64,000 bases of DNA from Octopus vulgaris (Eukaryota). Location of the stretch: contig OX597814.1 of the NCBI GenBank assembly GCA_951406725.2, forward strand, positions 152,892,001 through 152,956,000, given 5' to 3'. Made by a program: the position numbers and the translations under genes. Below the pieces are notes generated by a model, which was not told the DNA's origin, searched no databases, and saw nothing but the letters and a program-made list of their open reading frames with translations. This document shows positions 1-10,443 of the stretch, one piece after another (positions within the stretch are counted from its first letter, which is position 1; every line of letters begins with the position of its first letter).

Positions 1-110
1 AAGTAGCATTCTGATTGACTAGCTCCCTTCCTCCGAATTTCAGGCTTTGTGCCTATAGTAGAAAGGAGTATTATTATTGGTGTTTTATGATTAAAATAGA
101 CCATTATTAA

Positions 111-281
<171 letters not shown>

Positions 282-1361
282 TGAATTGGATTGTCTTGCA
301 ATTAGAAGGGCACAAAGACAATCACTGTGCATAAATGCATGCTCCACCTCACACATCAGCATCAAGCATCACTTTAATGTTCACTTTTCCAAGTTCTCAT
401 GAATCAGGCAGAGTTTACTGAGGCCAGTTTTCTATGGCCAGATGCCCTTCCTGTCACCAACCCTTACTTTTTTCCATGCAAGGTAATATTTCTCCTAGGC
501 CAGATATGTTTCTACAGAATATTGGAAATGAACAACACTGCTTGTATGACAGTGGCACTCGTTTACAACTATCATGCAATGTCAAGACAAGGAGACACAA
601 ACATACACACACATATACATATGTGTGTACAACATATGTATATACATATAAATATGTGTGTACACATATACATATGTGTGTACAACAGACCTCTTTCAGT
701 TTTATCTTTGTATTTTTTTTTTTTAATAGGAATGCTTTGAGAGTGTTTGTGGACCGATGAGTGAATTTAATGTTGCTCAAAGGGGTACGGAACCATCATG
801 ATGCAGCAGGGGTAAACCAGATTATGCTTTTGGGCCCTGCTGCTGATACAATTACTTTTCCAATTACTGAGTTTTGTTCTTGTGGAATTATTCTCCTAGT
901 ACTAACTATCAAGCAGAATTAGTTATCTCTCTAGTTATTCATTTGATTCTATCTATTTAGTATCTGCAACACTATGAAAATATCCATTATTCACAGAGCA
1001 GAATAAGTTAGTGTACAGTGGTGAGGGACAAGAAACCTGGTATTCTGAGTACTCTGTGAATATCTTATACTTATTTTTCCCACATAGAGATTATCACTAG
1101 CTTCTTCAGATTCTGTTTGCTTTGATGTCTCCTAGAAGTGGGTCTTTGCAGTGAAGTTCAAACCTGAGGTTGTACTGGGAACATCTATCTGTTATATTCA
1201 CAATAAAAAACAAAATTCACTTAGATGAATAAAACCTTAAAACATCCTATTCTTTTTCTCCCTATTATATACAAACTTATTAAAACCTTTAATTTTTACT
1301 ATAGCTAGTTATTAGAAAGAGAGATTTCAAAGGAATAAGTGTCTGTCATATGAATTTCATT

Positions 1362-1442
1362 AGCTTACAGTTGTTTCTGCTATAAGATGCAGCGGACTCT
1401 TAGTTGAGTGCCTGTATAACACCTTATAACGTCACCAGAGCC
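1362..1442 (-). ncRNA. Degenerate type I hammerhead-ribozyme-like motif (Penelope-like element relic)
   Basis: Minus strand reads ggct-CTGGTGA-c-GTTATAAGGTG...CATCTTATAGC-a-GAAA-CAACTG-TA-agct: core boxes, an 11-bp stem II, near-palindromic stem III, GUA cleavage triplet and a 4-bp stem I. The core has G in place of the conserved A6. Confidence 0.5.
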
Positions 1443-1767
1443 TCGACTATAAGATAAATCATTTATTGCCCTGTCATCTCTCTTTCTTATTACTGCTATT
1501 TACTCAGCCAACACTTCGTTCTGAAACATATGTATATTGAGTTCTACACAGGGTTATTGATCTTGCAATACCCAAGCATAATATTAGCTAATCATATTTG
1601 TAAACTGAAGCTAATCAATGTGTGATAAATTGGCAGAAGAGATAATTTTGTTTCATTGTAAACTAATTAAAAATACACACACACAGTAAGATTAAATTAT
1701 AACACTAAAATATCACATTTATGTATTCATTTTGCAAGATTCTTGATGTGAAATCGTATGTTGAAAC

Positions 1768-2526
1768 AGATATTGTTGTATTTGGGGTGGTCATGATGCC
1801 AATTTAACCAATGAAAGCACACACACACACTATTTATTTAGTGTTCATTTGCTTCTGCTTATTTCATATTAGTTATATTTCAGTCAAAGTTCTTTCATCA
1901 CACTTCTGTGACCTCATCAGTGGTCCTTTGCTTTCTTCTTTCTTTTTTGTGTCTCTCCTTCCTGCATTATCAGTATTCCCTGTTTATTCACATTTATTTT
2001 ATTTTATTTATTTGTTTTTATCTACTTACTCATTCATTTTTTTGTATTAATTTATTATATTTTGTTTGTATTTAATTATTTAATTCCATTTATTTATTTA
2101 TTTATAAATAGATAAATAAATAAATGGAATTAAATAATTAAATACATAAACAAAATATAATAAATTAATAAAAAAAAATGCACAAGTAGATAAAAACAAA
2201 TAAATAAAATAAAATAAACATGAATAAACCAGGGATACTGATAATGCAGGTACCATACTCATTCCCATACACACACACAGGGATATACGTATGTGCAAAT
2301 AAAGACACATACAACAGGAATACAAAATAGCAGATCGTTAGGAAGGAGAGACACAAAGAAGAAAGCAAAGGACCACTGATGAGGTCACAGAAGAGTGATG
2401 AAAGAACTTTGGCTGACATATAATTAATATGAAATAAAGCTAAAGCAAGCAAACACCAAATAGATAGTGTGTGTGTTTTCATAGGCTAAATTGGTGACAT
2501 GACCATCCCCAAATACAACAATATCT
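1768..2526. repeat. Spacerless inverted repeat (foldback) in the last PECR intron, probably Penelope-like
   Basis: 1768-2104 is the diverged reverse complement of 2105-2526 (agatattgttgtatttgggg / ccccaaatacaacaatatct; acctcatcagtggtcctttgctttcttcttt / aaagaagaaagcaaaggaccactgatgaggt). The right arm carries an extra insert at about 2250-2340. Confidence 0.9.
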
Positions 2527-2572
2527 AAAATATCGTTTTTTAAACTAATGCTTTTTACTTTCTTGTTTGAAG

Positions 2573-2652
2573 ATCATAAAAATTGGCCAGAATATTCCTG
2601 TGGTTCTGAAGCAGACACTGATGAAGACAGTTCCCCCAAAAGCAAATTATAA
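2573..2652 (+). CDS. PECR: PECR last coding exon ending in PTS1 (SKL)
   Basis: Pyrimidine tract + gaag|AT CAT AAA AAT TGG CCA...AGC AAA TTA TAA. Phase-1 join to the previous exon gives ...VP-DHKNWPEYSCGSEADTDEDSSPKSKL*; DHxNWP is typical of PECR and SKL is the canonical peroxisomal targeting signal. Confidence 0.92.
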
Positions 2653-4289
2653 TAATGTGCTGAAGAAAATGGAAGAATACATAAAAGTGATTTATTTTTT
2701 AATATAAGATATTGAACCAACAAATTATTGCACTTAATTAAAATAATGCAAATATAATTGTTATATTTATATCTATTTTGCCATATTTAGAATAGCTTTT
2801 TGAAATGAAAAGGGGCTAAAGATTTTAATCATTTAAGATTATAAGTCAACTAAGAAGACTGAAGCAAGGGAGACTCAGAAACTAAATGTGAGAATGCAGT
2901 CTACAGGAGAATTTTAAAAGATTTAATAGCAATGTAGAAGCATGTGTTTTCAGTCAGCTTGCAAGAGATGGAAGGAGACATTGGATTTATGTAGTCCCTA
3001 ATGTACTTAGACAAGATAGTTATGACTTTTTTTGATCATAGTCAGTATGGATCTGGGGTGAAATAGCCTCACTTTAAAATTATTTTACGTCACCTTACTG
3101 TACACTGGATTAAGTGAAGCCAGTGCTTTGCAGAAGAGGTCTAATAAGAACAAAACATATCCAGAGTGATCTCTCTTGTTTGTTGAATTGATTAAAATAT
3201 CCCCTCTAGATTGTAGACTGATGTTGTCTCTTCTTTTTCTACATTAAATATGTTAACACTTACTTGACTAATATCATTGTCAAATAATCAGGTTGCTGAA
3301 ATAAAAGTACTTTGAAGGTATTGGTACCTCTTTTGTCATGCCATATAATTGTTTTCAGTGGACTTATACAGGTATTCCCCACATTTCAGCTACCTCAGGT
3401 TGAGATTTTATACTTATGAAGATTGTAAAATATAACCACTAACTTTAGTATATGGACTGTGATTTAGCCTAACAAAATTCAGATAAATTTTCAGAATTTA
3501 TCTGAAGTTTCAGCTCTGAGCTGAAACGTATTAAAAAAAAAAAAGAATTTAAAACCTACATACAATATCCTTGTTAGCCAAAAGACCACTTCTCAGTGAT
3601 TTTGTTAAGATCAAAGAAGTTATCAATTTGAGAAACTATAATCATGATACACATGCACATGTATGTATGTGTGTGTGTATGGCACAATAAACCCTTTCAT
3701 AGTGTAATATGAAATTTCTTATTGTATTTGTGTATGGTTTTGAGGGGTTAGTATCTGTTTAGTTATATATATAGAGAGCTATAAATAAAAATCAACCTTC
3801 ACCATCAACACCAACACCATTGGCATCAAACCAAAACCAATACAACCATCATTATCAACACACCTACTCCTTAATGACCAACACCCACAAGATTACGAAA
3901 TCCATCTAAAATAAATCACAATGGCATGAGATAATGTGGTATCTGAGTGTATTTTAAATGTTGAAGGGAATGTTTTTGATCTTAGGTCAATGAGGATTGA
4001 CTTGTGGCTAAACAATGACATCAATGCAATTATCAAAAATAAATGATCAATGCCAATCCCTATTATCACAGTCACCAACGCCAAAACAGCCAATGTTCCC
4101 CACATCTTCCTCTCTACCAACTTTTGAATAAGCAACTAGTAACAACAATAGTATCCACATGATAGTATCTGTAGCTGTATATGATGCATGTCAATACAAC
4201 AGTGTGTGGTGTGTATGAGTGTACAGTTATATGGTTCAAAGGGCAAAGTGTCTATAAACATGGTAGCCCTTCAACTAAATGTAATCATA

Positions 4290-4447
4290 CAGGAGTGGAT
4301 GTGTGGTAAGTAGCTTACTTACCAACCACATGGTTCTGGGTTCAGTCCCACTGCATGGCACCTTGGGCAAGTGTCTTCTACTATAGCCTTGGGCCGACCA
4401 AAGCCTTGTGAGTGGATTTGGTAGATGGAAACTGAAAGAAGCCCGTC

Positions 4448-4483
<36 letters not shown>

Positions 4484-4686
4484 CTGTATTTGTCCCCCCA
4501 ACAATGCTTGACAACTGATGCTGGTGTGTTTACATCCCCATAACTTAGGAGTTCGGCAAAAGAGACCGATAGAATAAGTACTAGGCTTACAAAGAATAAG
4601 TCCTGGGATCGATTTGCTCAACTAAAGACGGTGTTCCAGCATGGTCACAGTCAAATGACTGAAACAAGTAAAAGAGTAAAGAGAGT
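4290..4686 (+). mobile_element. tRNA-derived SINE, family A
   Basis: Head caggagtgg.tgtgtggtaag...ggttcagtcccactgc (A/B-box-like), conserved body, internal (TA)n(TG)n and gactgaaacaagtaaaagag tail; more than 10 related copies in the window. Confidence 0.85.
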
Positions 4687-4889
4687 ACTTTCTTCCACCT
4701 CACTCCTTCACCCTCTCATCAAATTTCCACTCTTACGTCCATAATAAGACACTAACTTTGTACTCTCACAAAATAGTTCTTTTGTGGTGTTATTTTTTGT
4801 TTTTATAATACATATTTGTTGTAGATAATTGTTGATTGTCACTGTTTGATTTATCGACAATACAAAATTTTTGGAAAGAACCCATCAAG

Positions 4890-6060
4890 TGAAATTGGAA
4901 GCAGTGGCACGAAAAGGAACCGTAGTAGGATTACATTGAATATTAATTTTGATATGTTAAAAGGGCTTGCTGCAAGAGAAAATAATTAGCCACGTTGCCG
5001 AAACATAATAGCTTGCAATGTCTAAAACGAGACCAATACATGCCATTAGAGAGAAAATTAAGTCAAGTGCTCAAGAAGCTACTCTGTTAACTGCTCAGAC
5101 CTTATCTGCTTAAAGTGTGACAGATCTTGAGAGTATTAATAAAGAGTCAGACTCCATGTGCTGATAAGCATGATGAAAATTTAAAAAGAAAAAAGCCAAA
5201 AAGTTTGTGTGACAATTTGTAAAAAAATAAAAAAGAAAGTGAAAGTTTTAAAAATCTTTTCTGCCTTGTAAAGGATGGTTTGATAGGTCTAAGAAGAATT
5301 TGAATTTACACAACTTAAAAATGACTGCTGAAGCTGCTAGTGCTGACACAGGGGTTACTGCTAATTATCCTCAGCAGCTGGAAAAAAAAACAAAAAAAAA
5401 CTGCAGCACAAGTATAGAATGCTGATGAACCTGCACTTTTTTGAAAGATCATGCCTGCTAGAATTTATATTTAAGAAAGAAAGAACAACACTAGGATTTA
5501 GAACCTCTAAAAATCATCTGGCGTTTCTTCTGGGAGAAAAAGCTGTTGGTGATTCTAACTTAGAGCCCTTACAGATGTACATGAAAATCCAAGGTCCTTT
5601 AAGAGTTATGCAAAGTTTAACATAACTGATTTGGCATTCAAATAAGACTTGGAGAACTAGGAATCTTTTCAAAGAGTAGTTTACAAACATTTTTGACATG
5701 ATGTAGAAAGGCACAGTGCCAGATACAAAGCATCACTCCTATTAGGTAACACACCAATCCATTCAGTAAACCTAAATGAACTTTCTGATAGTGTGGGAAT
5801 AGAATATATCCCCAAGAATATCTCTTTCTTACTCCAGTTAATGAATCAAGGTATGATAGCTAACTTCAAGATAATTACCAGAGAACTTTCAAACAACTGA
5901 CAGGAAAGATAAATCTACAGTTAGAGACTTCCTAAAGAATTTTCACACAATGGATACTGTGGATAACATAGCTGAGTCATGGGATGAAGTGAAACCCTCG
6001 ATTTTAAATGCTACTTGGAAAAAATATATAGCCAGACTGTATCCATGATTTCACAATTCA
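4890..6060 (+). mobile_element. Decayed Tigger/pogo-family transposase relic
   Basis: Broken-frame peptides GWFDR, NLHNLKMTAEAASAD, NADEPALF, FLLGEKAVGDSNLEPL, ENPRSFK, EYIPKNISFLLQLMNQGMIANFK, IAESWDEVKPSILNATWKK match the CENP-B/pogo DDE_1 pattern; many stops and frameshifts. Boundaries approximate. Confidence 0.8.
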
Positions 6061-6121
6061 ACACTTGCAAATGATGTAAATGTTTGAAGAAATCAGAGCT
6101 GCATGCGTCTCAGAGAATTTA

Positions 6122-6516
6122 TCTAAATCTCTCTATATATAAAGCTGAAGTTGTCTGTGTATGGCAGGTTTGGTAGCCTTCAACTAACACTATCTCCTCT
6201 GAGACCCTGTGGTGCAAGTTGACCAAAATTGAGAGTATGATAGAAGGCTTGCTCTTCCTTCTGTAGAAGGAAAAATTCAAATCAGACCATGTTAACACCA
6301 AAACTTATTTACATCAAAAAGGTGCTTTTTTTCTGTGAAAATCCCTATTTTTTACGATTTTTTTACTGCTCTGTCGCCATTTTTTGGTGTATTTCAACCA
6401 GAAAAATATTCACTTATAGAGAATAACAAGCTACACAATGCAAAATTTTTACTTTTCAAAAATTCCAATTCTAAAGGGTCGAAACAAACCCGAGCAATGC
6501 TAGGCGATACTGCTAG
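6122..6516 (+). mobile_element. Non-autonomous Helitron-like element
   Basis: Starts a|TC(taaatctctctatatataaa), ends with imperfect hairpin ccgagcaatgctagg followed by ctgCTAG|t, consistent with the A|T target and TC...CTAG termini of Helitrons. Confidence 0.65.
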
Positions 6517-6637
6517 TAGGTAATAATGTTAGAAAAACAAGCTGAGAATACAGATATTCCACTAACTCAGTTCAAGAAATGATGTGCTATGAACAAACAA
6601 TTTTGGATAAGCTTGTTGCTCCTCAAAATGATGAGTT

Positions 6638-6860
6638 CATCATCATCATTTAGCGTCTGCTTTCCATGCTAGCATGGGTTGGACGGTTCAACTGGGGTCT
6701 GGGAAGCCAGAAGGCTGCACCAGGTCCAGTCTGATCTGGCAATGTTTCTACGGCTGGATGTCCTTCCTAACGCCAACCACTCCGTGAGTGTAGTGGGTGC
6801 TTTTTACGTGCCACTGGCACGGCAAACAGCCATGGTCGAATGGTGCTTTTTACGTGCCAC
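6638..6860 (-). mobile_element. RTE-tail retroposon (family C)
   Basis: Minus strand has ggttggcgttaggaaggacatccagccgtagaaac...ccatgctagcatggaaagcagacgctaaatgatgatgatg; (GAT)n tail; related copies at 10925, 15553, 29375, 46455, 60440 and 61557. Confidence 0.75.
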
Positions 6861-6963
6861 CAAAAGTGTCCTTCATCCTCCCAGTTACATTCCACCTTCC
6901 TCATACAGTAGTCAGCTTCTTTTGCTGTAAGAATATATCCTATTAATATCTTTTCCTTATTTA

Positions 6964-7147
6964 ACACTTTAGCATTTAAACTGACCATATCCTACCAAAA
7001 TATGCTTTTATGTTTAAACTGCCAATATCTAAAAATTAGCAGTTACCTTATAAATATTTCAAAGCTATAAAATAATGCATGGTTAATTCAAAACATTGTG
7101 AATAAACAAGTATTAGATTTGATAGAATAATCTGAATGCTAAAGGGT
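6964..7147 (-). mobile_element. piggyBac-type MITE (family P1)
   Basis: ttaa-cactttagcatt...aatgctaaaggg-ttat; decayed CCCTTTAGCATT terminal inverted repeats with TTAA-like flanks; copies near 17150, 53036 and 53835. Confidence 0.6.
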
Positions 7148-7279
7148 TATGTTAATGGACTACAGCCATGATGAGACACCATCTCAAAGGGTTTAGCCAA
7201 ACAAGTCAATCCCAGTTCTTCCATTCCCAAGGTTTTGATTGATTTGAGGCGGGCTAACCATAAATCCCTTCAGGTAGAT

Positions 7280-8690
7280 GGCTCTGCTTGATCTGTAGGA
7301 AAGGCATAAGTGGAAACTCCAAAAGATGTACTCGGTGTAAGCTATGGATACATAAGAGGTGCAGCAATATCAAATAAAGGCTAAATGGGAAGATAGATTT
7401 TGTGTAACAAATGCTCAGGGGTATTGAACACTGAAAATGTACAGGAAATAGCCTACATCACATTCCAGAGGGGAAAACTAGAAGTAGTTGATAGCTTCTG
7501 TTACCTAGATGATCAAGTCAGTAGCAGGGGCTGTTGCTCTGAGAGTGTAGCTGCTAGAATAAGAATAGCCTGGGCAAAGTTCAGAGAGCTCCTACCTCTG
7601 CTGGTCTCAAAGGACCTCTCTCTCACAGTAAAAGGTAGACTGTATGTGGCATGTGCGCAGGAGTGGCTGTGTGGTAAGTAGCTTGCTTACCAACCACATG
7701 GTTCCGGATTCAGTCCCACTGCATGACACTCTGGGCAAGTGTCTTCCACTATAGCCTCAGGCTGATCAAAGCCTTGTGAGTGGATTTGGTAGGCAGAAAC
7801 TGAAAGAAGCCTGTTGTGTGTGTGTATATATATATATATATAAATGTGTGTGTGTATTTGCGTTTGTTCCTCCAACATCGCTTGACAACCGATGCTGGTG
7901 TGTTTACATCCCTGTAACTTAGCGGTTCAGCAAAAGAGACAGATAGAATAAGTATTAGGCTTACTAAAAATAAATCTTGGGGGTGATTTGACTAACGGCA
8001 GTGCTGCAGCATGGCCACAGTCAAATGACTGAAACAAGTAAAAAAAAAAATCCATGCTACATGACAGTGAAACATGGGCTGTGACTGCTGAGGACATGCG
8101 TAAGCTTGCAAGGAATGAAGCCAGTATGCTCTGCTGGATGTGTAATGTCAGTGTGCCTTGAAAGAAAAGTTGGACATAAGAAGCATCAGATGTGGTGTGC
8201 AAGAGAGACGACTGCGCTGGTATAATCATGTGTTGCATATGGATGAAGACAGCTGGGTGAAAAAGTGTCACACCCTAGCAGTAGAGGTAACCTGTGGAAG
8301 AAGTAGACCCAAGAAGACCTGGGATGAGGTGGTGAAGCACGACCTTTGAATGTTGGCCTCACCAAGGCGATGACAAATGACAGACCTTTAGAGAGATGCT
8401 GTGCTTGAGAAGACCCGGCAAGCCAAGTGAGACTGTAACCATAGCCTATGCCAGTGCAGCATAATCAGCCCATTTAAGAGTACCCTTCAATCATTGGGCA
8501 ATATATTGCACTTGCGAAGACCTGTTGAGGCAAGTGAAGTCATTGTCGCGGCTGATGACAGTGCCAATCAGATTGGCACTTGTATTAGTGGCACATAAAA
8601 AGTACCATTCGAGTGTGGTTGTTACTAGTGCTGCATAACTGGCCCTCGTGCTGGTGGTATGTAAAAAGCACCCACTACACTCTTGGAGTG
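7280..8690 (+). mobile_element. 5'-truncated RTE-clade LINE, interrupted by a SINE
   Basis: Peptides CKLWIHKRCS, KLEVVDSFCYL.DQVS...VAARIRIAWAKFRELLPLL, SETWAVTAEDMRKLARNEASML.WMC, RRLRWY.HVL.MDEDSWVKKC...R.RPKKTWDEVVKHDL are typical of the RTE ORF C-terminus; followed by family C-like 3' sequence. Confidence 0.85.
7654..8050 (+). mobile_element. SINE family A nested in the RTE LINE
   Basis: Full head-to-tail copy with A-tail splits the LINE frame between ...GRLYVAC and ...MLHDSETW. Confidence 0.85.
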
Positions 8691-8849
8691 TTGGCTAGAA
8701 ATCACATTGGTTGCTTGACCTACTAGAAGCAGCAGCTAAATTTTTATTACAGGCTGATTACCTTTTGATGCAAATTAACCAATTTAGTTATAGTGAAAAT
8801 TGTTAATGTTACTTGGAAAGAAGACAAAACAAAATATGAACTTATCTTT

Positions 8850-8855
8850 TTTATT
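8850..8855 (-). terminator. Candidate polyadenylation signal of the TIR-HEAT gene
   Basis: AATAAA on the minus strand followed by a U/GU-rich tract (attttgttttgtcttctttcc), about 1.44 kb past the stop codon. Other AATAAA hexamers exist in the interval. Confidence 0.35.
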
Positions 8856-10292
8856 AAAAAATACATAATTTATTATATAAAAAAAGTTGTAATTTGAAGT
8901 AATATTTTACATTTCACTGAAAAAACAAACATAAAAGTTGCCATCATTAAGTTTGTCCTTTGAAAATAAAAAAATCATGTAAAAATATATATATATACAT
9001 ATATAAAATGAATATTTTTGCTGGTTTTAGGCTAGTTCACATGGAATGTTAATATTTTCAAAATAAGAATCATAATAATTATGAGAAACTAAGAAATCTT
9101 ATTCTGACATCAGATAATCAATAAATTTGGGAGGGCCATTAAAAAATTTTTTTTCTCTTTTAAGAATATTTATTCTTATGGAATTAATCCCCCACCCCAT
9201 GATAATCCACCCTTCTAAAAATGAAATATATTTCATGAATGATGAATTGTTAAATTGTTAAGCAGGGCTATACAAGACTACACAGTTTTAGGGAGAGATT
9301 CAGTCAGTTATATTGACTACTGTTCTTTTCTGGTAATTTATTTAATCAATTCTGGACAAATGAAAGACAAAGTTAATTCTAGTGGAATTTGAACTCAGAA
9401 CATATACAGACAACTAAATACCGCAAGGCAGCATCTTATCCTCCATTTTAATTGATTCTGCTAATCCACAACTCTTGAGATTTAATGAAAAAATTTTTTA
9501 TTTTTATTTTTATATCGTATCTTCTACTGAAATATGCTAATATTTTTGTAGTATTTTTTACATCATTTTAATGAATATACTTAAACTGTTGCTTTAAGAA
9601 CACTTTTAGATTGTTAGAGATGTAGTAAAAAACATGTAGTTCCAGCACAGCTGGAATTTGGATTTACTATTTATATATACAAAATGTTAATTTTAATTAT
9701 TTACAGGACAAATAATAACAATAATGTTGACTTCTTTTAATGTCATTTCTTCCATTTTGTAAATAAAATAAATACAAAGAATGATCACATCATGTTTGTA
9801 GTTATATTTTTTCTACAAACTAAGAAATGAATTTAAAAAAAAAAAAATTTGTGTAAAAACACATACCATGAATAAAAAATTTCATTTTTCACACTACATC
9901 TAATTTCATCTTTATGAACTGATAATGTGAAAGGATATAAAAGATTTCCACTTTACCAGATGTAAAATATACAACTCTCACAACTTATAAGTTAATGCAG
10001 AGGTAATACTTTAAAAAAAGAAATAGAAATTTCTTGATTAAATTAAAAGTGATATATAACGCTTTAACATGTCTTCAGCCCCTTGCAGAGAATATTGAAT
10101 ATATTCCAATAAAGAAGTAAATTTTTGTAATGCGATTCAAGAGCTTATTTCATCCCTTTCTTTAAAATCCGACAGAAGTTTGCTCGAAATTTCTGAAGAT
10201 ATTTTTTTTCCTTGTGATTTCAAGGATTATTTACAAAAGATAAATAAATAAATAAATAAATGAGTTTTTATATATTTGGCAATTTAACTGTA

Positions 10293-10443
10293 TCATGCTT
10301 CTTTCTCAGCGAGTTTTGTAAGTTCATGTATTTCTCTCCCCAACATTTTTGTGACATGCATTGCTTGTTTTACTTCATCACCGCCAATCTGTTGCAAGGC
10401 CACTTCTGCAGCTGTTCGAACATCGGCAATGACATCATTCCGC
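10293..10443 (-). CDS. TIR-HEAT gene coding exon 9 (last HEAT repeat, stop)
   Basis: ttttcag|G CGG AAT GAT...GCA TGA; (W)RNDVIADVRTAAEVALQQIGGDEVKQAMHVTKMLGREIHELTKLAEKEA*. Confidence 0.9.

Noticed and set aside
3893-4135. 80-aa ORF with a hydrophobic, membrane-like stretch
   Set aside because: Arises from low-complexity (ACC/ATC/AAC)-rich sequence; non-ATG start, no splice support or recognisable homology.
4319-4621. Recurring ORFs ending ...RCHAVGLNPEPCGW (also at 7687, 24683, 30630, 58813)
   Set aside because: Antisense readings of SINE family A, not a protein family.
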